Below, piece by piece: positions 37,471 through 49,597 of a stretch of 64,000 nucleotides of DNA; positions within the stretch are counted from its first letter, which is position 1; every line of letters starts with the position of its first letter. The DNA comes from Octopus sinensis (Eukaryota), in NCBI RefSeq assembly GCF_006345805.1, contig NC_042999.1, forward strand, positions 70,866,001 to 70,930,000, written 5' to 3'. Under the pieces are notes generated by a model. The model was not told where the DNA came from. It made no database searches and worked only from the letters and a program-made list of their open reading frames with translations. The translations under genes were made by a program, and so were the position numbers.

Positions 37471-37629
37471 GTCACTTTTGAGTGCTACTGGTAACATGTA
37501 ACCCAGTACAACCTGTTCAGTAGTCGGGCCGCCGGCGACTAACCCAGCAACACCACCAAGCTTGCTTGGTGAGGAGGGTGTTTATTGGACACCCTGCGGG
37601 ATGAAAAACAGAACATACATACATACATA

Positions 37630-37986
37630 CATACATGCATATATACATTGTGGAGACCCTCTTCGGTCACGAATGACCATGAGATTGCATCTGTAAAGTT
37701 ACCCTCTGAGGTACAAGTCCGGGCAGGTTGTTTGTGGAAGGCCAGCAGTCGCCCATGCATACCAGCCTCCCCTCTCCACGCCACCGATGTCATCCAAGGG
37801 AAAGGCAAAGCCGATACAACTTGGCACCAGTGACGTCGCAACTCATTTCTACAGCTGAGTGAACTGGAGCAACGTGAAATAAAGTGTCTTGCTCAAGAAC
37901 ACAACACGCAGCCCGGTCCGGGATTCGAACGCACAACCTCACGGTCGTAAGCTCGACGCTCTAACCACTGAGCCATGCGCCTTCAC
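37630..37986 (-). mobile_element. tRNA-derived SINE-3 with a CORE-like domain
   Basis: head GGCGCATGGCTCAGTGGTTAGAGCG..GTTCGAATCCCGG (A and B boxes), then GTGTTCTTGAGCAAGACACTT..CAGTTCACTCAGCTGTAGAAATG; microsatellite tail. Confidence 0.8.
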
Positions 37987-37997
37987 TATATATACAT

Positions 37998-38034
<37 letters not shown>

Positions 38035-38789
38035 TGGACAAACATGGAAAATACTAGAGTAGACAGACAAAAGAAAAAAAAAGAAAACTTTTCGTGGGAT
38101 GAACAATCTGAACAGAGAGAGATGTTGGTGTGTGTTGTCACAGGCTGACAGAAAGGAATGTTGGATACCGGCAGAAGCAGGTGGCATGAAAATGAGATAA
38201 AGAAAGGAACAGGGAGAGAAGGGAGGGGTCCAAGATAGACCGAAAGAAAGATAGATAGGACGAGGGCATATATATATACACACACGTTATATAGATGAAC
38301 GTGAGCATTTGCGAAGAAAACAAAGAGAAAACCCAAACCGCTATCTTATGTATATGAAAAATGATACAGTATTAAAAAAAAAAAAACACTCACACACACA
38401 TACACACATACGGATGCATGCACTTATGTATAAACACACACACATGCAGACATACACACACTCACATATCTCGAACGAATCCCAACGCTGGAACATAAGT
38501 TCAAAGGAAATGGAAATAGAGAGACGAGTCATCGAAGGGATTGCAACAATGCGATGAAATAATTATTTGAGAAAAATAGAAATGACAACACTATCAATAC
38601 TGAGCATTTGAACGATTAAATGTTTGAGGAAAGTGTTTAACATATGAGTCTGAAAAACTAGTCAAAAACGGCTGATCGATAAATTGGTTAACGGAGTAAC
38701 TAACCCATAAACTAATTTAACAATAAAGGACGAAACCAGCGCGTGTGTTTATTATTTCCGGCATAATGCCCCTCCCAGAATTCAATAGT

Positions 38790-38840
<51 letters not shown>

Positions 38841-38844
38841 TATA

Positions 38845-38898
38845 TATTTAGGAATGGTCATTTTGCCAGTTTAGCCAATAAATGACCATTCCTAAATA
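38845..38898. mobile_element. 54-bp micro-MITE/hairpin
   Basis: TATTTAGGAATGGTCATTT / AAATGACCATTCCTAAATA, 19-bp perfect IR with 16-nt spacer, next to (TA)n. Confidence 0.6.
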
Positions 38899-38981
38899 CA
38901 ACATCTGTTTCAACACACGATTTTTTTTGCAAGAATCTTGCAAAACAAATATATAAATGTGTATATTATATATATATATAT

Positions 38982-39027
<46 letters not shown>

Positions 39028-40297
39028 TATATGTGTGTGTGTGTATATATATATATATATGTATATGCATGTGTGTGTGTGTGCATCTGTGTGTGTATAT
39101 GTGCGTGAGTATGTGTGTTGGTATGTGCGTGTGTGTGTAAATGCTCTCCTTGCAGAATGATGCTGGGGTGTAAAACAAATTCAATCGATTTTATATGATT
39201 CCATTGTTGAAATTTTGCTGTAGAAAATTTAACAAACGAAAACAACTAATTTAGTTGAAAGATAAGATCTTTGCTCTCAGATTCTTTGAAATCTTGCATT
39301 CTTTGAAGAGAATTTGTCTAAATTTCAAACGCAAGATGAAAAGAAAGATTATTGATGAAATATGAAATAAAAAAAAGAGAAAAGGAAAAAAAAATTAAGT
39401 TTTAAATTCAAAAATTTTTCTCTTTGGTTTGGTGCCACAAATTCTAGAGATGCTATGCAGCCGATTTAATCGACTTACATGCTCGTTTTTATTTTACTGA
39501 GCCTGGTGTTTTGTCGATTGGTAGTTATTCGTCATGCGAGTGAATTTGCTTTAGTAATCAGACTCATTTTTGCCAAGATACATCTAGCTTGATATGTTAA
39601 TACCCACTTCTGAATGCTTGCAAGTAAACGTCGATCAGATAACCCTGATAGAAGGACAGTTTTTTTTTTGTAGCTGACAATCAAGTTTCTTCCTGATGCT
39701 TGCGTATCCGGAAGTTTTAATGTTATACTTTCATGGATATCACCAATGATGCTCAATGCTTTATACTTGTTTATGCACTTATACACGTGTGTATGTATGT
39801 ATGTATGTATGTATGTATGTATGTATGTATGTATGCTTTCCAGCATTTTCACCAATGGTAACAAAACTCTTTCATTGCAATTTAAACATCAGCAAGATAG
39901 CCTTGTATGTAAGCTTGTATATATAATGCGTGTATGCACGTTAGTATGTATGTATGTATACATACATATGCATGTATGTGTATGCGTATAAATGTGTACA
40001 TGCATATGGGTGCAAGAATGAATGTTATTGCATATGTACATCTTATTACATGCCGAACTCCTTGAGTGTATATATGCCGTTGATAAATTTCCGTCTAAGT
40101 AGACGTGTTCACCGTGGAAATTAAAAGTTGATCAAACCAGTTAAGCGTTTATATCTAAAGTGGGAAAGGAAAAAAAATTGTTATAAAACAGCAGCATGTC
40201 ACTCTTCATGGCCAGTGATATATACTTGATAACGTAACCGTCATGGGATTGTTCTTGTCGGTCTTAGATTAGTATTTTCAAAAGTATATTATATAAC

Positions 40298-40502
40298 TCT
40301 TTTACTCTTTTACTTGTTTCAGTCATTTGACTGTAGCCATGCTGGAGCACCGCCATTAGTCGAACAAATCGACCGCAGGACTCATTCTTTGTAAGCCTAG
40401 TACTTATTCTATCGGTCTCTTTTGCCGAACCGCTAAGTTACGGGGACGTAAACACACCAGCATCGGTTGTCAAGCGATGTTGGGGGGACAAACACAGACA
40501 CA

Positions 40503-40548
<46 letters not shown>

Positions 40549-40715
40549 CATATATACGACGAGCTTCTTTCAGTTTCCGTCTACCAATTCCACTCACAAG
40601 GCTTTGGTCGGCCCGAGGCTATAGTAGAAGACACTTGCCCAAGGTGCCACGCAGTGGGACTGAACCCGGAACCATGTGGTTCATAAGGAAGCTACTTACC
40701 ACACAGCCACTCCTA
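40298..40715 (-). mobile_element. intact SINE-1 (empty-site reference for the Tx1 target)
   Basis: complete from head AGGAGTGGCTGTGTGGTAAGTAGCTT (A-box) and GGGTTCAGTCCC (B-box) to tail GACTGAAACAAGTAAAAGAG. Confidence 0.92.
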
Positions 40716-41349
40716 AAATATATAGCCGTCAATTTACAGTTTATACTTACATAGACACATCCATACAAGCTTGCTTGTATGCATTCGTAAATACATGTAT
40801 ACATGCATAAATGCATACAAACATGCGTAGCTTGTCAGTACTCTCGATTGTCTTCTCATTACAGCCGCTGTCACTCCTGCTCTCAGAACGTAGTGTTAGT
40901 GGATATGGAGACTATGAATCTCATTTTTAATACGCAGAAAGATTGAAGCTGTTAGACCAAGTATTAACCACATCAGAAAGAAATATGATCTCATTGCCTA
41001 ATATTCTACATACATTGAAAACGAATTTGCTGATTCCTATCCTGAAGTTTTTGTGCCATGAACATGAAATTAAATATAAACGGCTTGACAATATAACCTT
41101 TATATTTAGATGAGAATTACAAGTATCTTGCACAGGATGGCTATGTCAGGTACAATGACCATTTATAGAAAAATGTACGCTCACACACACACGCACGCAC
41201 ACAACTTTGTTTCTTTTGCAATCTTGCCACCAAACAGGTGGCTGGTCAAAATAAATCGAGAAGTTTATTTTTGTTTGAGACAAGTGAATGTTGTTCATTT
41301 TATTTTACTTAATTAAAACTGCGACGTGTGTACAATAGAAAATATTGAT

Positions 41350-41752
41350 TTCAAATTTTGACACAAGGCTAGCAATATCGAGTGTAGAGGTAAGTCAATT
41401 AAATCAACGCCAGTACTCAACTGATACTTATTTTATCGACCCTGAAAGGATGAAAGGCAAAATGGACCTCGGCAAAATTTTGAACTCAGAACGCAAAGAC
41501 GGACGAAATGCCGCTTGCCTAGAGTAGAAAAGAATATGGCGGTGGGCTGGCAGAATTTTAGTTTGCCGGGTGAAATGTTTAGCGGCATTTCGTCCGTCTT
41601 TGCGTTCTGAGTTCAAAATTTTTGGGGTGTGGGTACAGTGATTAGATCGACCCCAGTACGCAGTTGGTACTTAATTTATTGACCCCGAAAGGATGAAAGG
41701 CAAAGTCGACCTCGGCGGAATTTGAACTCAGAACGTATAGAGACGAAATACT
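41350..41752. mobile_element. two tandem minus-strand SINE-2 copies with an internal inversion and a 42-bp inverted duplication
   Basis: 41474-41515 is the exact reverse complement of 41581-41622; the spacer holds an inverted SINE head and tail. Confidence 0.8.
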
Positions 41753-42001
41753 GCATGGCACGAGTACACACACTCATACAAGCATTAGTAAAAATGTGAG
41801 CATACGCACACTCGAGGTTAGGCGCACTCATGATTACAAAGCGAGTCAGATATTTAGTAGGTGTTTAGAAGAACGGGGAGGTTTAAAGTAAATTTAAGTC
41901 ATCCATACCTTAAAGTAAAATAAAATAAAATTACACTAAGTTAACGGTTACTCAAAATTCAGTCTCACTGCATTGTGCGAAAGTACATTCATATGCGTGT
42001 A

Positions 42002-42620
42002 GGCATCTCGATAGTCTTTCAGAAATTCTATTAAGTATCTTTTCGTTAGTCCACAGAATAGACAGGGATTCCTCGGAGCACAGACGGCATCTCTTGGAAA
42101 TTGCATTGTATAGTTTTGCATGTCTAACTATGGACCAAGTAATGAAGTATTTCGTATTCGCCTTCTTCAGTCGTCATATAAAATCTGCCAAAGATGTCGA
42201 ATGTCTCTTATTGATTGACCTAAAGCTGGCAACATGATTACGATAACGATTCTTAAATGAATCAGCCTTCTGTCCAATGTAAACATAGGGCTCTCCCCCT
42301 GTGTGCACGGTACATTTAAATACAACATTTGTACTCATACAGAGATTCGTCAAAGGACATTTTGATTTATCTCTGCAGGAGCATTTATCGTTTTTATTTG
42401 TATATAAAACAACCCTGACTCCATTTACCTGCGTTGTTATCGTGCTAGCTGTAACATGAGTATTTCTACTACTACAAATTGGTCGAAGTTGATGATTATC
42501 AATGCGGTTTACATCTCCTTGGTTGGCATTCAGATATAAATGCTTCATAGATCCAGTAGGTGGGTTATTGAAACTTTGTTGTATTTTGCTATTGTTTATG
42601 CGATGCATAAGCTGCTCCAA
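42002..42620 (-). mobile_element. Penelope-like element fragment: GIY-YIG endonuclease and 3' tail
   Basis: [57 protein letters not shown]; tail CTGAAGAAGGCGAATACGAAA. Confidence 0.8.
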
Positions 42621-42630
42621 ATGAGCAGAG

Positions 42631-42663
<33 letters not shown>

Positions 42664-42814
42664 ATATATATATATATGAATATGTGAATATATGTATATG
42701 TGTATATGATGTGTGTGTATATACGTGTATGAGTGTATATATGTGTATATTCATGTGTGTATGTATATGTATGTATGTGTATATATATATGCGTATATGT
42801 ATATATATAAAATA

Positions 42815-42880
<66 letters not shown>

Positions 42881-44087
42881 CATATATACATATGTATTTA
42901 TATGTATATCTTTAAGTTTTGTTATCTTTATATAATAATGTAGAAGTTGGAAAATTAATTTTTTAGAATATTTTGAATCTTTAGAGTAAATCTTCTATTT
43001 ACTCTAAAATACATCATTATAGTAGTAATTTAATATTAATTACAAATTACAATTAAGATATCTTCATTATACTAAATAATTACATGTACAAATACATTAA
43101 TTTAATTTGTTAAGTGATGATAAAAATAGTAATAACAAGAATGAATAGTTTTATTTGTGCGAAAGTACATTCATATGCGTGTACTTAATAACCACAATAA
43201 AAATTCTTATAGTGTTGTATAGTTTGTAGCTTGTATTCTCATGGCAACAATCTAATTTTATTTCTTCTTCTGAATTAATAAAATTTGGATATATACAGTT
43301 TATAGTCCTTTATCTAAAAAATATAATCATAATATTGATTATATTTATCTTGGACCGGTACACAATCCTTATATTTTTGTTTATCTTACTTTATCGTATT
43401 TACTGAGTTCTCCCTTCCATAATATACGTATATAGGGATATTTGCTTGTTAGTTACTGTGAATAATCCTTATTTAAATAACTTTAAATTTGGTTACTTCT
43501 GAAAAACTAGGAATATTTTGATATCCATTTGTATTGCTTAATTCTATATCTATGGGGTAATACAGGTTGTAGTTATTGTAGCTCTAAGTTTCTCTTCATA
43601 ATTTTTGCAGAATTCTCCCTCTGATAAACTACGCAAATAAAGAACATTTTTTTTAGATACTCTAAAACAATTTTTGTATCAATAACTTTAAATAAAAGAG
43701 AAGAGTTGTTATATATTGCTAATATAATACTATACTGTCAGTTATATTTATCCACACGTTCTATTACCGTCACTACATTAAGTAAAACCCTGATACTTAA
43801 TTTATATACTTATATATTGTTGTTGTTGTATGTTATTAAAATAGTCAAAGATTGTCTTCAACCTCAACGAATTTGGATTAATATTATTTAAGATATATAG
43901 AACTATATTTCGATAGTTGTAGATTATACTTACTTAATTATTTTGTCCGTTATAATTTTCTTTTTAAATTGTAATTATTATGTATCCGAAAAGTTAACGC
44001 TCATACTCCTTAACGTAGGCATTTGCATTAATTCTTTTACAATCCAGCCATCCTTTCACACAGAATTTCGTCTGTCTTTTAGATCAA

Positions 44088-44168
44088 AGCTCTGAAGAGA
44101 CTTATATAAATGGAAATGAATTGTTTATAAATCAAATAATGTATATAAGTCGAAACAAATTGTTGGCT
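44088..44168 (+). ncRNA. type I hammerhead ribozyme (intact core)
   Basis: stem I AGCT/GGCT; CTGAAGA 44092-44098; stem II GACTTATATA/TATATAAGTC (10 bp); GAAA; stem III ACA-aat-TGT; GUU cleavage after 44164. Confidence 0.7.
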
Positions 44169-44395
44169 CTTTGGGTTTTTTAATAATTTTTATGTTTATA
44201 TTCATAGTATATTATGTTATATCATAATATAAAAAAATGATTTGATTGTCAATTGAATCTCTCTATTTAATTTATTCTTTGTAATTTGCGTTATACCCCT
44301 ATTTAAGTGGTATTCAATGACTTACCAGTGAATTGGATATTTTACACACCCCTTTGAAGGAATTTCTTTCCTTAGTTTGTTAATTATATATATAT

Positions 44396-44532
<137 letters not shown>

Positions 44533-44804
44533 TGGCAGGAGTGGCTGTGTGGTAAGTAGCTTACTTACTAGTCACATGGCTCTGGGTTCAGTCCCGCTGT
44601 GTGGAACCTTGGGCAAGTATAACCTCGGGCCGACCGAACCCTTGCGAGTGGATTTGATAGACGGAAACTGAAAGAAGCCCGTCGTATACATGTGTGTGTG
44701 TGTGACTGTGTTTATTCCCATTATAATCCTACTATAACCTCAGCCCAACCAAAGCTTTGTGAGCGGATTTGGTAGACGAAAACTGAAAGAAATCCTTTGT
44801 GTGT

Positions 44805-44839
<35 letters not shown>

Positions 44840-44920
44840 GAATAAGTCCTGGGGTTGATTCGAGGCGGTGCTCCAGCATAGCCGCAGTCAAATGACTGAA
44901 ACAAATAAAAGTGTAAAAGA
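44533..44920 (+). mobile_element. SINE-1 head copy (44533-44700, empty site) plus a second partial copy (44742-44920)
   Basis: GGCAGGAGTGGCTGTGTGGTAAGTAGCTTACTT..GGGTTCAGTCCC; tail GGCGGTGCTCCAGCATAGCCGCAGTCAAATGACTGAAAC. Confidence 0.85.
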
Positions 44921-45015
44921 GTATACATATTTATATATATATATGGTTGATAGCTATCAACACCTTTTCTTCGTAAATTTCCTGAAGATGGGATACTAAC
45001 GCTGAAATACATATG

Positions 45016-45046
<31 letters not shown>

Positions 45047-45317
45047 CTGTGTGTGTGTATGTGTGTATAATGCACAACTTTTGCAGTTGCACAAACTAGG
45101 TCACTGCATATATTTTACGTAAAACTTATTTTCGTTAAATAACAATTAGTTTTCTCGAATGAAATATAAAAGTGAAATAAAACTGTTTAAACATACTATA
45201 ACTTATCCTCAATTAAATTCAACATTCCATAATTCATAAGAAATTAACATGGTTGTAATTTTGTTCAATTATTTCAAGCAAAAGTTTCACGAGAAAATCT
45301 TTTTCTTGTTTTATCTC

Positions 45318-45406
<89 letters not shown>

Positions 45407-45539
45407 GAACAATAGGAATGTTTAATCACACAAATTAATCTGGAAGTATTTCATTATAATATATAACATCTTTTAGCCTTTCTTGAAAGTTATTTCCAAT
45501 TCTTACGCTTGCTGTTCTGTTCCAAAAAAGAAAAAAAGA

Positions 45540-45571
<32 letters not shown>

Positions 45572-45778
45572 TAATAAAAATACTATCACGTTCTCTCTTT
45601 ACAAAACTTAGGCAGAAGATTGGTAAATTAAATATAATCGTATAAAAATGTCAACTGCAATAGATTTTTGGTGGAACTGAAAAACTAATGAGTCCATTAG
45701 TGGAAGAAGCTCTGTTAGATTCAAAATTGACAAACTCTTCCAATAATGATGATGATGATGATGATGATGATGATAATA

Positions 45779-45835
<57 letters not shown>

Positions 45836-46069
45836 TATTCGGCTGGTAATGAAAGAATAAATAAATGGAAATTTAAAAGCATGTTATTACTCCTAATAAA
45901 TAATAAAACAATACAGACGCTCGAGAAACTCACACACATGCACACACACATACACACACCCTCAACATTTAATTATATTTTCTTTCTCAATATCTGTCGT
46001 TCTTTTTGTTTGTCCGTATACATAAATACATACATACGCACTCACACACACACATACACATACAGCATT

Positions 46070-46143
<74 letters not shown>

Positions 46144-46650
46144 TGTGTGTGTGTGTGTGTGTGTCTACACACACCACTTATTAATGCGCGGTCATACACA
46201 CATAAATCAATGCTTACAACATACAAACGCATATGTCAGTACGAATTTGGTATTTTTTTTTGTGATAATTGATTCCAAAGAGCGTTGAAATTCATAATTT
46301 TTAGAATTATTTTGTCGACAATAGGTTTTTCAAAATATAGTGTCAGTTAAGGTGGCTGAAGATTTATCAACGTATTGAACAAAAGATTATATAAAATTTT
46401 AAAGCTTTATAAAATTTAATATGTATACAATTTGAGATATACGTTCTTGGTCCCAGAGGAAAATATTTTGTCGAATTTCTGGAACTTATCGTTAAGTTAC
46501 TTCTGAGGTAGTTTCAGCTTGAAAAACAACAAAAAAAGTATACTCTACAAAATCTGTTCTGTTCTTTCATTTGTAAACTCAAACGTGTGTATATATGCAC
46601 ACAAAAACACACACACGCATATGTATTCATGTGATATATATATATATATA

Positions 46651-47213
46651 TTCTTTTCTTTTATGAGGTTTTCACGCTAGCTGCCCGATAATTTCTTGTT
46701 AAGATCCCTTATTAAGAGATTATCCTTAATTGTTAAACTTATTCCGAAATACTTTTCATTACCCGACATGCAGTTCGTAAAAAGCCCGCCATTTACCGGA
46801 TATATTTTAAAACATTCCATGTGCTTGGCCGGAGTGAGCAGTTGTCTGTTCGTCTTCGCTACGTAAGGTTGGTAGTTTATTTATGATGTGTTCAGAATCA
46901 GTTCTGCTGAGGATCATAAGACGTAAAGTTGAATGTGAAATCACGGTGATACAGAACTAAATTCATTTTTTAAATGTCTTGCTTTGAAAAACTGCATTTG
47001 GTATGATTAGTATAATTTTGGTAGTAATGACTTTGTCCCTCTTAGTGTGAGGCATTTATGTGTAATAATGCCCTCTATACAATATAGATATAATTATTTG
47101 TTCAAAAGAAAAAAATTATTTTCGAATTCTTTTCTTTTATGAGGTTTTCACGCTAGCTGCCCGATAATTTCTTGTTAAGATCCTTATTAAGAGATTATCC
47201 TTAATTGTTAAAC
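46651..47213 (-). mobile_element. probable decayed Penelope-like element in partial-tandem (pseudo-LTR) form
   Basis: 88/87-bp direct repeats at 46651-46738 and 47127-47213; the minus strand reads ..YVAKTNRQLL..LTIKDNLLIRDLNKKL, resembling a GIY-YIG C-terminus. Confidence 0.5.
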
Positions 47214-47234
47214 ATATTATATATATGTATATAT

Positions 47235-47312
<78 letters not shown>

Positions 47313-47362
47313 GATTACATACATACATACACACACACACGCATATGTATTCATGTGTTATA

Positions 47363-47408
<46 letters not shown>

Positions 47409-47829
47409 GTACATATATGTATATATATATATGATATACATACATACACACACACACTCACACATTTGTGTGTGTGTATGTCTGTGCGTGTGTAATAGCG
47501 TGAAATATAGCGAAGTAGATAAGATTATTTAAGAAAGCTTACTCGCATAAAAATATAGAAGAGTAAGTACAAGCAAAATGAAAATAAACCATATACATAC
47601 ACACATATGCACGCACATACATACACGCGCGCGCCCACATTTATATGTATATGTATGTACTTTATATTTCAATATTTCGGATGTGAAAATCCTTTATCAA
47701 GTAAATGAAGGATGATCTAGCTCCCTTTCCACATAACTAAGCAGCTATTTTACCAATACTTTGAAAGGTTGTACTTTGCACAGACTAGTAGTGATAAATC
47801 AGTAACTTTTAAGTTCCACCAATATTCCT

Positions 47830-48790
47830 AGTTTTTGTTTTTGATGGGTGAATTTCTCAAGGTGTTGTTTATTTTGTCTGAACAGCTGTAGCCCAACGAT
47901 GAGTGAAAAATTTGGGAGTGTTGGGGCATTGAGATTTTGGTGGGCGAGGGAAATAACGTAATATGCCTAAAAGGTTGGTTATAATCACACCCATAACTGT
48001 TTCTGATTTGTTAGCAGGCTAGTACATGTTTAGCCAGGGATAGTTAGCATACGACAAATTGAGTTCCGACTAATCGGCTGATATGAAGTACCGTTGGTAG
48101 TGGGAAGCGTTGTAGTTGCAGTGAAACTGTGGTTGGATGGCTCGGTTGGTGCAGAAACAATTATGATCTGGCTGAAATCAGGTTTTGAGGTGAGAAAAAG
48201 ATGAAGAGCATTTGGAATGTGCCTATATATATAAAGAGGACGAATCAGGTTGATGTAGAGGGTTGTAGATCTCAAAAGAATCGGTCTCTAATTCGACAGC
48301 ATCGATGTGGGACGAGCATGAGAGAGAGCAAACAAAAGTTGTGAGCATTGACACCACTGAGGATAATGATTTAAAAGAGAAGTAAAGTGACATATATGTC
48401 CTGGATTTTGGAAGAGATATGGTCAAACAGCTGCAAGTGATTTGAGGAGTTTAGAGTGCAGTAGAAGAAGCAAATGTATTTGAAGTGAGGGAAGGAGATT
48501 TTGAGACGGAGCAATTGGAAGTTGTTATTGCTGGTATCCAGATAAGCGAAGTGTGCGACAAAGATAGTGAAGTCTATGTTTGTACAGAGACCAAATTTTG
48601 GAGTGGAGTTTGAATAAAAAGTATAGCCTGGTTAGAAGAGAGGATTATAGGTAGGCGTCGAGTAGTTTGTTTCTAGGAGAGGAATAGGCGGTGAGGTTTG
48701 CGTATTAGTAGGTGAATGAGAGGCATTTATGTTAGAATGAAGTCCATGAATGTTAGCAAGGAGAAATGAAAATTAACCAAGGGGTTCAGT
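47830..48790 (-). mobile_element. highly decayed LINE remnant (I/Jockey group?)
   Basis: TLYINLIRPLYIY resembles the post-RT 'LYKxLIRPxLEY' motif; strong strand purine skew. Confidence 0.35.
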
Positions 48791-49187
48791 TATGGGTTTT
48801 AACATCACAGAGAAGTGCTACGGGTGACGATACACTGAAAGAAGACGGGAATCTCGTTGTGGAAGCCTGGTTTGCGTGCTTGCAATCGAGAGAGCTCCTT
48901 TGAAAACTCTCATGTCCCAGTGGTGGTGTTAAATAAAGAGAATGGATGTGTCTACCACTCAGAAAAAAGGGGGAAAAGTTATTTCTTATATTTACAGGAA
49001 AAAGTGTTAGTAGATTTAGTTGGTCACAGTATATGATTAGTAACTTTATCAATCGCAGAGACAACTTCGACTGTGGCGGGATTTGAACTCAGTGTATATA
49101 GATAATCATTAATAAGGAAACTAATCGTTAAATAATGAAGCTAATAATATAAATTAATAGATGATGACCACTGGATACTGAGTTAGT

Positions 49188-49238
<51 letters not shown>

Positions 49239-49515
49239 CTCAATAAAAGGTCAGGTTTTCTTGGAGGAAGTTTATTGGCATTTAAAAGGAATATCAAAGT
49301 ATGTACATTTAAGTACTTCAAAGAGATGATAATGAATTAAAAAAAAAAGAGCAAAGTAACACGTAAAGAAAATAGCATCCCAGAATTGAAGCCTATTCAG
49401 TCTCTATTTAAGCAGTAAATGTTCTCGTGAGCAGAATTTCTATTTGGTTACGCTGTGCGTCGAGCGCAATGAAAGGGTTAGATCAATTTATATATGTGAG
49501 TCTGCATAACTCATT

Positions 49516-49597
<82 letters not shown>

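Noticed and set aside
37905-37986. tRNA-like sequence with A and B boxes
   Set aside because: It continues directly into a SINE body and tail, so it is a SINE head rather than a functional tRNA gene.
39532-41200. Candidate host exons (AG/GT-bounded segments near 39600 on the minus strand and 40860-41150 on the plus strand)
   Set aside because: No open frame with recognisable homology; such splice-like dinucleotides are expected by chance.
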